Source: Phycisphaerales bacterium
Lineage (GTDB): Bacteria > Planctomycetota > Phycisphaerae > SM23-33
Assembly (NCBI GenBank): GCA_018644725.1
Contig: JABGPZ010000069.1
Span: forward strand, 84,238 to 148,237
DNA: 64,000 nucleotides
Direction of reading: 5' to 3'
The notes under the pieces are model-generated. The model worked only from the letters and a program-made list of their open reading frames with translations. It made no database searches and was not told the DNA's origin. Made by a program: the position numbers and the translations under genes. Below are positions 53,221 to 62,339 of the stretch, in pieces; position 1 is the first letter of the stretch, and the number at the start of each line of letters is the position of its first letter.

Positions 53221-54483
53221 ATGGCTCGTAGCGAGAGGACAATTCGACACGCTGAGCTCGCGAAGGGGTGGTTCAAACGGATAGCTCCGTTTGCGTGGCT
53301 ACCCGTGTTGTTGGTGTCGCTGGCGAGTTGTGAGTGGTTCTGTTTGCCCACCGAGATCGCGACGATGCCGACGGTGGATGCCCAGGTCGACCGCAACGCT
53401 CAAGGGATTGTGGCCCCGCGTTCGACGGTGAAATCGACCGAAGAGCCCGTCGTGATGTTGCCCAACCATACTCGCTCGATTCGCGGGGCGTATTGGTTCA
53501 ACGCCGAGGTCGCTTCGATTCCCGCCCGCTATTACACGCACGTCTATCACGCGTTTTTGCGCTCGGACAACAATGGTAATTTGCTGTTGAATGCCGCCTC
53601 GACGCCGACGGCGAGCTTTGCCCAGACGGCCGCGAAGTTTGTCGCCCATGTCCACAAGGGCGGGGCCTATGCGATGCTGTCGCTCGGCGGGGGAATGGAC
53701 AAGTCGTTCCATGTGTTCACGCCCAATGCTGTCAAGCGCCGGCGATATGTCAACGCGGTTCTCGCCGTGGTGCAGAAGTATGGCTATGACGGCGTGGACC
53801 TCGATTGGGAGCATCCGCGCAACGCGACCGAAAAACGCCACTGGGCAGCACTGATGACCGACATGCGCACCGGGCTGGACATGCTGGCGCGCCGGAGTGA
53901 CAAGAAATATTGGCTGACCGCAGCGGTCGGCACGAGCAAGTGGAACGCGGGCTATTTCGACATTCCCACGATCCGCACAAAGCTCGACTTCATCAACCTG
54001 ATGGCGTATGACTATATCGGCCCGTGGGGCGGCGACCCCGCCGGAGACCAGGCCGCGCTGGCGACGGCGTCCTATGGCGGACACTCGACCTACAAGGCGC
54101 TCAAACACTGGCACGATCTGGGGATCAAAGCCGACCAGATCGTCATCGGCTTGCCGTTCTATACGCGTGCGTGCTTCGGGTACAAACCCGGGCAGATCAT
54201 CCAAAAAAACGCATCGAGCGGAAAGCGCACCATGGCGTTCGGCTATGACAGTTTTGTCGCCTATGCCGCGCAGAAGCGCTGGACCTATCGCCTTGACCCG
54301 GCCTCGAAAGTGCGCTGGTATCGTTCGCCGGGCGGAAGCCACTTCGCCGCCGTCGACGGCCCCGAGGCCATTGCCCACAAAACGCACTTTGCCGAGTCCA
54401 ACGGCTATCGAGGCGTGTTCTGCTGGGCGACCTATCACAATCCCGGCCAGCAATTGCAAAAAGCCATGGCCCGCGAGCAATAG
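53221..54483 (+). CDS. Glycoside hydrolase family 18 (chitinase-like) lipoprotein
   Basis: Catalytic DGVDLDWEHP (DxxDxDxE). Lipobox LVSLASC. TIM-barrel GH18 blocks (SLGG…, MAYDY). Confidence 0.8.
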   Translation: MARSERTIRHAELAKGWFKRIAPFAWLPVLLVSLASCEWFCLPTEIATMPTVDAQVDRNAQGIVAPRSTVKSTEEPVVMLPNHTRSIRGAYWFNAEVASIPARYYTHVYHAFLRSDNNGNLLLNAASTPTASFAQTAAKFVAHVHKGGAYAMLSLGGGMDKSFHVFTPNAVKRRRYVNAVLAVVQKYGYDGVDLDWEHPRNATEKRHWAALMTDMRTGLDMLARRSDKKYWLTAAVGTSKWNAGYFDIPTIRTKLDFINLMAYDYIGPWGGDPAGDQAALATASYGGHSTYKALKHWHDLGIKADQIVIGLPFYTRACFGYKPGQIIQKNASSGKRTMAFGYDSFVAYAAQKRWTYRLDPASKVRWYRSPGGSHFAAVDGPEAIAHKTHFAESNGYRGVFCWATYHNPGQQLQKAMAREQ

Positions 54484-54526
54484 CCGCGACGGCCTGTCCC
54501 GTTTCCCTTTAGAGATTGAGATTTCC

Positions 54527-55987
54527 ATGATCCAGATCAAGACTCGTTTTGCTCCGTCGCCGACGGGCTCGCTGCATGTCGGCGGGGCCCGCACGGCATT
54601 GGCCTGTTACCTCGTCGCGAAGAAATTCGGCGGCACGATGCTCCTGCGGATCGAAGACACCGACCGCGCTCGGCACCAGGAAGAGGCCGTCGAGAAGATT
54701 CTTGCCGACCTGGCTTGGCTGGGCATCGAGATCGACGAAGGCGTCGGTGCGGGCGGCGATAACGGCCCGTATCGCCAGTCCGAACGGCTGGAGATCTATC
54801 AGGCGCACATCCAGAAACTCCTCGACGAGGGGAAGGCCTATTACGCGTTCGACACCCCCGAAGAGCTCGAAGCGTTGCGCGACGCAGCCCGGGCGGAAAA
54901 GCGCGACTTCAAATATTCCCGCCCCCAAACGTTGCCGACCCAGGCCGACGTTGATGCCGCCCGCGCCGAGGGCCGACCCGTTGTGGTGCGGCTGCTGTCG
55001 GACAAGCGCGATGTGAGCTTCGTCGATGAAGTCTTCGGCGAGATCACCATCCCCGCCGACCAGACCGACGATTTCATCATCGCCAAAGGGGACGGCTGGC
55101 CGACCTATCACCTCGCCAACGTCGTCGATGACCACCACATGGGCGTGAATTTCATCCTCCGCGGACAGGAATTCCTCGGCCAGACCTGGCGGCATGTGCT
55201 GCTGCGCGAGGCACTTGGTTTTCCCGCGCCGCGCTATGCGCACCTCGCGTTGATTATGGACATGAAGGGTCGCAAACTTTCCAAACGCGACGGCGATGTC
55301 GAGGTCGACCTGTTCCGCCGCGCGGGCTATCTGCCCGAGGCGCTGGTGAACTTTATCGCGCTGCTGGGATGGAACCCCGGCGATGAGCGCGAATTTTTCA
55401 CGATGGACGATCTCGCCGAGGCGTTTGAGATTTCGCGCGTGAGCAAGACCAATGCCAAGTTTGACCGCGACAAGCTGATGTCGTTCAATACCGATTGGGC
55501 GGCCGCGCTGGAGGCGGATCGTTTGCTCGGCGCGTTCACTGATTATCTTTCGACGACCGATTCGCCGCTGGCAGATCAAGACGAAGCGACGCTTTCCGCC
55601 GTTCTCGCCGCCTGTTCGGGCTTCCGACGTTTCGACGAAGTACTCGCCAAAGTCGCGCCGATTTTCATGGCCGACGACGCGTACGAGTATGACCCCAAGG
55701 CCGTCAAGAAGGGACTCGAAAAAGGTGAAGGCGCGGGTTATGCGCGGCTGGAATTGATCCTGCCCGAAATCGAAGCGCTCGGCGACTGGACGGCTGAGGC
55801 GATTCATAACTGGATGGGCGCATACTGCGAAGCGAACGAGATCGGCTTCGGCAAGATCGGCCAACCTATGCGCGTGGCACTCGCGGGCGGGATGTTCGGC
55901 CCGGCGATTCCCGAGATGATGGTCCTGCTCGGCAAAGAGCGAGCGATGGCCCGCATTCAGCGCACGATTGCGATGCGCGGCGAATAG
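54527..55987 (+). CDS. gltX: Glutamyl-tRNA synthetase
   Basis: MIQIKTRFAPSPTGSLHVGGARTA (HIGH) and KLSKRDG (KMSKS). The track's 54008 start is an Arg-rich extension overlapping the GH18 gene. Confidence 0.9.
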   Translation: MIQIKTRFAPSPTGSLHVGGARTALACYLVAKKFGGTMLLRIEDTDRARHQEEAVEKILADLAWLGIEIDEGVGAGGDNGPYRQSERLEIYQAHIQKLLDEGKAYYAFDTPEELEALRDAARAEKRDFKYSRPQTLPTQADVDAARAEGRPVVVRLLSDKRDVSFVDEVFGEITIPADQTDDFIIAKGDGWPTYHLANVVDDHHMGVNFILRGQEFLGQTWRHVLLREALGFPAPRYAHLALIMDMKGRKLSKRDGDVEVDLFRRAGYLPEALVNFIALLGWNPGDEREFFTMDDLAEAFEISRVSKTNAKFDRDKLMSFNTDWAAALEADRLLGAFTDYLSTTDSPLADQDEATLSAVLAACSGFRRFDEVLAKVAPIFMADDAYEYDPKAVKKGLEKGEGAGYARLELILPEIEALGDWTAEAIHNWMGAYCEANEIGFGKIGQPMRVALAGGMFGPAIPEMMVLLGKERAMARIQRTIAMRGE

Positions 55988-56067
55988 AAAAACAAAAATC
56001 ACTCTTGAATTTCGACGGGGGGTCGGTATAATATCCGACCTCCAAGGAATAGAATTCCTTGGGAATG

Positions 56068-56140
56068 GGGCCTTTAGCTCAGTTGGTTAGAGCGCACGGA
56101 TCACACCCGTGAGGCCACTGGTTCGAATCCAGTAAGGCCC
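56068..56140 (+). tRNA. tRNA-Val (anticodon CAC)
   Basis: Acceptor GGGCCTT/AAGGCCC, D-arm GCTC-AGTTGGTTA-GAGC, anticodon stem CACGG/CCGTG with loop AUCACAC, T-arm ACTGG-TTCGAAT-CCAGT, discriminator A. Confidence 0.8.
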
Positions 56141-56146
56141 ATCGAA

Positions 56147-56182
56147 CGCGGATACTTGCGAATTGCAGGTATCCGCTTTTTT
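56147..56182 (+). terminator. Intrinsic terminator after tRNA-Val
   Basis: GCGGATAC-(13 nt)-GTATCCGC followed by TTTTTT. Confidence 0.65.
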
Positions 56183-56341
56183 GTGGAAAGTGGGTACAGA
56201 TCATCTCGGATGAGCGAAAGAAAACGCTTGCCCGGAATGGGGCCATGACGGTACAATCCCAGCAGAATTTCAGCACTGTACACCAGATACCCGGCGATTG
56301 TTCGCAGGGCAGGGTGGTGTATATTCCTTGGAAGGATTCCC

Positions 56342-57478
56342 TTGACTGATCGAACACCCATACCGCTGTCGAGCCAGGACATTACCGAACGCGAAATCCA
56401 GGCCGTCGTCGACGTACTTCGTGGCAACCGCCTGAGCATTGGCCCGCGCACCGAAGCGTTTGAATCCGCCTGCGCCGCCGCCAGTGGCCGCTCCTATGGC
56501 GTGGCCGTCAACTCCGGCACGTCGGCGCTGCATCTGTGCGTCAACGGTCTGGGCATCGGCGAGGGCGACGAGGTCATTACCTCGCCGTTCAGCTTTGTCG
56601 CGACGACCAACTGCATTCTCTTTGAAAACGCGACGCCCGTGTTCGTGGACATCGATCCCGAGAGCTACAACATGGATCCCGCCGCGACCGAGGCCGCCGT
56701 CAACGACCGCACCAAAGCGCTGCTTCCGGTGGAGGTCTTCGGCAACACGGCACACTTCGACACCTACGAATCCATCGCTCAGCGCAACGAGCTGAAGATG
56801 ATCGAAGATTCCTGCGAGGCCCTCGGCGGGCGACTTGGTGATCGCAAGGCCGGGAGCTTTGGCGACGCGGGGACCTTCGCGTTCTATCCCAACAAGCAGG
56901 TCACCACCGGCGAAGGCGGGATGCTCGTGACCGACAACGAGGAACTGCGCGACATGGCGCGGGCGCTTCGCAATCAGGGCCGCCACCCGCGCGACGCCTG
57001 GCTGCAACACACCTACATGGGCTACAATTTCCGCATCAGTGAAATCACCGCCGCCCTTGGCGAAGTGCAGCTTTCGCGTCTTGACGAGATCGTTTCCAAG
57101 CGCCGGGCCGTGAGCGCGCTATATGATGAAGCGCTTTTGGGGCTTGTTGAGAAGGGGTTATTGCACTTGCCGCCGATGGCCCAGCGCGAATCGGCGAGCT
57201 TCTTCGTGTATGTCATTCGCCTTGCGGACCGGTTCAGCGAGGCCGACCGCGACGATGTTCGCGCAAAGCTCACCGCCGCGGGCATTGGCAACAATTGCTA
57301 CTTCGTGCCGATCCATTATCAGCCCTACATTCAGGAGCGGCTTGGCTATCAGAAAGGCCAGTTCCCCGTCACCGAACACCTTGCCGCGCGGACGATCGCG
57401 ATTCCGTTTTTCTCGAACATGACCGAGTCCCAAGTTGGACAGGTCGTCGACACTCTTACCGAAATTCTCACGGCCTAG
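56342..57478 (+). CDS. DegT/DnrJ/EryC1/StrS-family PLP-dependent sugar aminotransferase (PglE/WecE-like); TTG start
   Basis: IPLSSQDITEREIQAVVDVLRGNRLSIGPRTEAFE N-terminus typical of the family, with the PLP-lysine region later. GGAAGGA SD before TTG 56342. TATATT -10 at about 56319. Confidence 0.8.
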   Translation: MTDRTPIPLSSQDITEREIQAVVDVLRGNRLSIGPRTEAFESACAAASGRSYGVAVNSGTSALHLCVNGLGIGEGDEVITSPFSFVATTNCILFENATPVFVDIDPESYNMDPAATEAAVNDRTKALLPVEVFGNTAHFDTYESIAQRNELKMIEDSCEALGGRLGDRKAGSFGDAGTFAFYPNKQVTTGEGGMLVTDNEELRDMARALRNQGRHPRDAWLQHTYMGYNFRISEITAALGEVQLSRLDEIVSKRRAVSALYDEALLGLVEKGLLHLPPMAQRESASFFVYVIRLADRFSEADRDDVRAKLTAAGIGNNCYFVPIHYQPYIQERLGYQKGQFPVTEHLAARTIAIPFFSNMTESQVGQVVDTLTEILTA

Positions 57479-57479
57479 C

Positions 57480-58112
57480 ATGAACGCATGGACCGAAAAA
57501 CCCGTACACCGTTTCCTCAAGCGCGCGATGGACATTTCGGCGGCGCTGTTGGTGATCCTGTTGGCGTCCCCGCTTTTGCTGGTGACGGTGGTGTTGGTGC
57601 GTTGGCGCCTGGGAAGTCCGATCCTGTTCCGTCAGACCCGCCCGGGCCTGGGCGCGAAACCCTTTTCCATTGCGAAATTTCGCACGATGCGCGATGCAGT
57701 GGATGGGGATGGCAATCCACTGCCGGATGACGTTCGGCTGACCAAGTTCGGCAAACTTCTTCGCAAGCTCAGCATTGACGAGCTGCCGCAGTTGTGGAAC
57801 GTGCTGAAGGGGGAGATGTCGCTCGTGGGCCCCAGGCCGCTGCGGATGCATTATGTCGAGCGCTATAACGCCCGCCAGGCGCGCCGGATGGATATGCGTC
57901 CGGGGATTACGGGCTGGGCGCAAATCAAGGGGCGAAATTCGATATCCTGGGAAGAGAAGTTCGAGTTTGACGGGTATTACATCGAGAACTTTTCGATCTG
58001 GCTGGATATTAAAATTCTGTTTCTCACTGTGGTGAAGGTGTTCAAGGTCGAGGGGATTTCCCAAGGTGGTCAGGCCACGATGAAAGAATTCATGGGTACG
58101 GACGAATCTTGA
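57480..58112 (+). CDS. Small bacterial sugar transferase (PglC/WbaP C-terminal domain-type initiating phosphoglycosyltransferase)
   Basis: Single re-entrant N-terminal helix, then KRAMDISAALLVILLASPLLLV…, RPGITGWAQI, and PRPL…SLVGPRPL motifs. ATG 57480 is 1 nt after the upstream stop. Confidence 0.75.
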   Translation: MNAWTEKPVHRFLKRAMDISAALLVILLASPLLLVTVVLVRWRLGSPILFRQTRPGLGAKPFSIAKFRTMRDAVDGDGNPLPDDVRLTKFGKLLRKLSIDELPQLWNVLKGEMSLVGPRPLRMHYVERYNARQARRMDMRPGITGWAQIKGRNSISWEEKFEFDGYYIENFSIWLDIKILFLTVVKVFKVEGISQGGQATMKEFMGTDES

Positions 58113-58217
58113 GAATTGCCGGTGCTTTCGCGTTGACAATGTTGCTCTATGCCCATACCATGAAGAAATGTGGAGTCTTCATACGAAGTAGCTTCCTTGT
58201 TGAAAGAAAGTGAATTC

Positions 58218-59249
58218 ATGTCAGCACTGCCATCCAATTCTCCCGCCTTCGCTTCTGTTCGAGACGTGATGTCATTTTTTCCTGAAGGGCGATTGACCAA
58301 CGAGGATATTTCCGCGCAGTTTCCCGATTGGACGGCGGATAAAATTTATGAGAAGACGGGTTTCCGTAGCCGCAATATCGCCGCGAGCGATGAGACGGCC
58401 TCTGACCTGGCCTATGGGGCCGCCGTAAAATTGTTGGCCGCCCATCCCGGCCTTGCCGATCAAATTGACTTGCTCGTGTTTTGCACCCAGAGCCCAGACT
58501 ATGTCCTGCCCACCAGCGCGTGTGTCTTGCAGGATCGTTTGGGGCTTGCGACGACATGCGCGGCGTTTGATTTCAATCTTGGCTGCAGCGGGTATGTCTA
58601 TGGGCTGTCGATCGTCAAGTCGATGATCGAATCCGGCCAGGCGACAAAAGCATTGTTTCTGACGGGGGAGACCTATTCCAAGTGGATGGGGCCGACGGCC
58701 CGCTCCGTGATGACCATTTTTGGCGATGCTGGAACGGCCACGCTCGTTGAGGCCTGCCAGGCCGAGGCGCAGAAGATCGGCCCGTTTGTCTATGGGACCG
58801 ATGGCCGCGGGAAAAACGATCTTATCGTCCACGGCAGCGCCACGCGCCCTCTGGACAGTGATGCTCAGAGCGACTCGCTTCCGCCTGAGGGGAATTTGCC
58901 AGACCGGCTGTATATGGACGGGCCGGAAATCTTCTCGTTCACGATTCGCTCGGTCCCCAAGGCCGTTCAGGCGTTGCTCACCAAGTCCGAGATGACGTAT
59001 GACGACTTGGACTGGGTGATTTTCCATCAGGCCAACAAGTTTATGCTCGACCACCTGCGTCGCCAATGCCACATCCCAGAAGAGAAATTTGTCTTCGCGA
59101 TGGAGAACTACGGCAATACGGTGTCCAATACGATCCCGGTCGTCTTGGTCGACATGCTTGCCGCAGGAACACTTCAGCGCGGACAAAAACTGATGCTTGT
59201 TGGTTTTGGGGTTGGATATTCCTGGTCGGCGTGTATACTGGAGTGGTAA
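58218..59249 (+). CDS. 3-oxoacyl-ACP synthase III-like (KAS III/FabH family)
   Basis: Cys-His-Asn triad context: AAFDFNLGCSGYVYGL, VIFHQANKFMLDH, ENYGNTVSNTIP. Possible internal promoter TTGACA-17-TACCAT at about 58131-58163. Confidence 0.75.
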   Translation: MSALPSNSPAFASVRDVMSFFPEGRLTNEDISAQFPDWTADKIYEKTGFRSRNIAASDETASDLAYGAAVKLLAAHPGLADQIDLLVFCTQSPDYVLPTSACVLQDRLGLATTCAAFDFNLGCSGYVYGLSIVKSMIESGQATKALFLTGETYSKWMGPTARSVMTIFGDAGTATLVEACQAEAQKIGPFVYGTDGRGKNDLIVHGSATRPLDSDAQSDSLPPEGNLPDRLYMDGPEIFSFTIRSVPKAVQALLTKSEMTYDDLDWVIFHQANKFMLDHLRRQCHIPEEKFVFAMENYGNTVSNTIPVVLVDMLAAGTLQRGQKLMLVGFGVGYSWSACILEW

Positions 59250-59280
59250 CCCTCTATGAACTCTTGTGAAGGATTGAAGA

Positions 59281-59520
59281 ATGAATCAAGCTGAATTTCT
59301 CGAAGAACTCGAAGTTGTCCTCGACGAAGATGCCGGTACGCTGGCACCTGCGACCCTCATTGCTGACATTGAAGGATGGGACTCGACGGGCTTGTTGAGC
59401 GTGATCGCGCTTCTCGACGGCGACCTGGGAGTTCATGTGAACATTGACACCCTTCGAGCGTGTAAGACGCTCGCGGACCTGATTGCGTTGCTGGGCGATA
59501 CCATTACTGAATCCAACTGA
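59281..59520 (+). CDS. Dedicated acyl carrier protein
   Basis: 79 aa and acidic, with the phosphopantetheine attachment motif IEGWDSTGLLSVIA (the DS(L/T) Ser). Confidence 0.7.
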   Translation: MNQAEFLEELEVVLDEDAGTLAPATLIADIEGWDSTGLLSVIALLDGDLGVHVNIDTLRACKTLADLIALLGDTITESN

Positions 59521-59529
59521 GGGCGATCT

Positions 59530-60285
59530 GTGAGCATTTCATTTGACTTGACGGACAAACAGATTTTAGTCACGGGTGCCTCCAGCGGCCTGGGGCAGTC
59601 GATTGCGATTCATGCCGCTCAGGCGGGCGCGAACGTGATCCTGCTCGGGCGCAACCCAGAGCGCCTGGACGAAACGGCGTCTCAATGTGATGGGCGCGGC
59701 GTGTGTGTCCAGATGGACCTGATGGACCTCGATGCGTTGCCCAAATTGGTGCAGTCACTCGCCAAGGAACACGGGCCGCTGTCGGGCCTGGTTCACAGCG
59801 CGGGAGTGTATCAAAATGTCCCGCTTCGGGCCATTCGCGGCGAGAAGTTGCAATCCACTCTGGCGCTCAATGTCTCTGCGGGTGTGATGTTGCTCAAGGG
59901 CCTGTCCGTTCGCGGGTGCCACGCTGAAACGGCTTCTGCGGTGTTCCTCAGTTCCGTGATGGGCAAGGTAGGCCAGCCTGGCCTGGCGGGGTATTGCATG
60001 AGCAAAGGGGCCGTGGAACAGGCCGTCAAGGCCCTGGCGCTGGAACTACAGCCCGACGGGATCCGCGTGAATGCCATTGCGCCCTCGGCCATCCAGACGC
60101 CGATGATCGACGCTGCCTTCGCCACATTGGGCGAACCCGAACGCGAAGCCATTCTCAGCACTCTTCCCAGTGGACTCGGCCAGCCTGAGGACGTTGCGGC
60201 CGCGGCGATCTATCTTCTTTCGGACGCCAGCAAATTTGTCACCGGAACCAGTATGCTCGTCGATGGCGGGTATTGCGCACAATAG
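59530..60285 (+). CDS. SDR-family oxidoreductase (3-oxoacyl-ACP reductase FabG-like)
   Basis: TGASSGLGQSIA (TGxxxGxG), NAG-like HSAGV, and the catalytic YCMSKGAVE (YxxxK). Confidence 0.8.
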   Translation: MSISFDLTDKQILVTGASSGLGQSIAIHAAQAGANVILLGRNPERLDETASQCDGRGVCVQMDLMDLDALPKLVQSLAKEHGPLSGLVHSAGVYQNVPLRAIRGEKLQSTLALNVSAGVMLLKGLSVRGCHAETASAVFLSSVMGKVGQPGLAGYCMSKGAVEQAVKALALELQPDGIRVNAIAPSAIQTPMIDAAFATLGEPEREAILSTLPSGLGQPEDVAAAAIYLLSDASKFVTGTSMLVDGGYCAQ

Positions 60286-60293
60286 GAATTATC

Positions 60294-60980
60294 ATGACCG
60301 AGAATTCAACCATTTCGTTTTTGCTTGCGGGCGCTGGCGGCTTTGGCCGAGGGGTTTATCATTGGCTGTGCGATTATGCCACCGCTACCTATGGCCCGCG
60401 CGGTGAAGCGTGGGAGGTTCGCGGTTTCCTTGATGACGACCTTACCGCGCTGGAGGGGTTTTCTGGATTTCCGCCGATTGTGTCCACGATTCAAGACTAT
60501 CGCCCCGAGCCTGGTGACCGGGTGGTTCTGGCGATCGGTATCCCGCGGATTCGCAAGGCCGTCGTGAAGAAATTACTCGAAGTCGACGCGACGTTCGAGA
60601 CCCTGATTCATCCCCAAGCGTTGGTGCTGTCCACGGCGAAAGTTGGTTTGGGCAGCATTGTTGGGCCGTTCAGTACGATCAGCGACCATGCGGAAGTGGG
60701 CGACTATGCGTTGGTGAATTCCTATTCCAGCATCGGGCACGATGTGAAAATCGGCGCGTTTTGTGACCTGTGTCCGCACGCGGCGCTTTCGGGGTTCGCT
60801 CGCATCGACGATGACGTGTTTTTCGGCACGAGCTCGGTGGTGGTTCCCGGAAAATCTGTTGGTCGCGGGGCCCAGGTGGCTGCGGGGTCGACGGTCGTAC
60901 GCAATACACGACCCTACTCGTTTGTACAAGGTGTTCCAGGCAAAGAAGTTCGCGACTTTTTTCCCAAAGACGACGCGTAA
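60294..60980 (+). CDS. NeuD/PglD-family hexapeptide-repeat sugar N-acyltransferase
   Basis: N-terminal Rossmann-like FLLAGAGGFGRGV…FLDDD, and a C-terminal left-handed β-helix (…IGHDVKIGAFCDLCPHAALSG…) typical of PglD/NeuD/WbpD. Confidence 0.7.
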   Translation: MTENSTISFLLAGAGGFGRGVYHWLCDYATATYGPRGEAWEVRGFLDDDLTALEGFSGFPPIVSTIQDYRPEPGDRVVLAIGIPRIRKAVVKKLLEVDATFETLIHPQALVLSTAKVGLGSIVGPFSTISDHAEVGDYALVNSYSSIGHDVKIGAFCDLCPHAALSGFARIDDDVFFGTSSVVVPGKSVGRGAQVAAGSTVVRNTRPYSFVQGVPGKEVRDFFPKDDA

Positions 60981-60989
60981 GCTGTCGGG

Positions 60990-62219
60990 CTATTTCTCTG
61001 CGGCCGCTTCGAGGGTTTCGACGAATCGTTTCCCGAGGATGTCGCGGCTGAAGGTGGACTCTGCCAGAGCGCGGGCATTTGTTCCCATCGCGGGCAGCTC
61101 GCTCCGTTTGGCCATCAGCTCTTCCACGGTGTCCGCGAAGGCTGTCGCGTTGTCGGGCTCGACCACCACGCCGCACTGATTGTCGGAAATGTATTCGCCG
61201 ACCCAGCCGGGATAATTATTGAGGATCGGCAGGCCGCACGCGAGGTAGTCGAAAAACTTGTTCGGGCTCGTGCCGCGATAGAAGGCCGGGACGTTTTTCA
61301 GGATCATCATCCCCACGTCAAACTGCGGCAGCAGGCGCGCGAGTTCGCGTTTTTTGATCGGGTCCACCCAGCAGGTGTACTCTTCAAGCCCCTCGGCCTC
61401 GACGCGCTGAAGCAGGTGAGGCTTTTTGCCGCCACCGCCAATGAAGCAGAACTTCACGCCGGTGATGCCGCGTTGTTTGATTTCAGCGACGGCATCGAGA
61501 ACCGCGTCGAGCCCGTTGGCGAGGCCATGGGCACCGGTGAACACCATGCGGAAATCGCCGGGCGAGCCAAAGCGCGGATCGTTGTCCACTTCCGAGTGGT
61601 CCGTCGCGGGCTGAAACAGATCGATGTCGGACGAGTTGGGCACCATCGCGACGTGGTCGGGGTTGACGCCGCTTGCGAGGATGCCCTTGCAGATGCCCGG
61701 CGCGAGGCCGATGATCCGCTTGGCGGCGCGATAGGCGCGCTGCTCCATCCGCTTGAGATAGACCTTCAGCGGCCAGGGTTTCACCAAGCCCATTGCGATG
61801 GGCAGCTCCGGCCAGAGGTCGCGCACTTCAAACACGAACGGGCAGTTGTGGTGCTTCGCGGACTTGCGGCCGATGTCGCCGGTGGTCAATGGCGTCGAGG
61901 TTGCGAACACCAGATCGACGTCTTGGAAGGTCTTGATCAGCTTGGTCGCACGTTTGGCGAATTTCAGGAACGTCATCCAGCGCTTGGGGAAACTCATCGC
62001 ATTGGAGTAGGACTGGATGATGCGGAAGACGTCGATCCCGTCGATGGTCTCGCGCTGGACTTCGCCGAGTTTGCCTTCCACCGCCGTCAGGTCGCGCGTG
62101 CCGAAAACCATTGATACGCGGTGGCCTGCCTGGATCAGGCGGCGGGCCATTTCGTAGCTGCGGGTTCCGCCTTTTTGGTCGGGCGTTGTGAAATATTGGT
62201 GGATGTAGACAATGTGCAT
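60990..62219 (-). CDS. Glycosyltransferase family 4 (GT-B)
   Basis: MHIVYIHQYFTTPDQKGGTRSYEMARRL N-terminus and a C-terminal E-x7-E containing region. Convergent with the acyltransferase gene. Confidence 0.8.
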   Translation of the reverse strand: MHIVYIHQYFTTPDQKGGTRSYEMARRLIQAGHRVSMVFGTRDLTAVEGKLGEVQRETIDGIDVFRIIQSYSNAMSFPKRWMTFLKFAKRATKLIKTFQDVDLVFATSTPLTTGDIGRKSAKHHNCPFVFEVRDLWPELPIAMGLVKPWPLKVYLKRMEQRAYRAAKRIIGLAPGICKGILASGVNPDHVAMVPNSSDIDLFQPATDHSEVDNDPRFGSPGDFRMVFTGAHGLANGLDAVLDAVAEIKQRGITGVKFCFIGGGGKKPHLLQRVEAEGLEEYTCWVDPIKKRELARLLPQFDVGMMILKNVPAFYRGTSPNKFFDYLACGLPILNNYPGWVGEYISDNQCGVVVEPDNATAFADTVEELMAKRSELPAMGTNARALAESTFSRDILGKRFVETLEAAAEK

Positions 62220-62339
62220 GGCAAGCCTCGGTTGTGAGAAATAGGATGCGCCAATTCAGCGGGCGCGCAGACACCAGTATAGGGATTTTCGCTGCGGCTG
62301 GCAATGCCTTCTCTGGCGGCGTGGGGGCGGGGGGCTGTA

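Noticed and set aside
54008-54526. N-terminal 173-aa Arg-rich extension of gltX in the ORF track
   Set aside because: It overlaps the GH18 gene in another frame. GluRS homology begins exactly at MIQIKTRFAPSPTG (54527).
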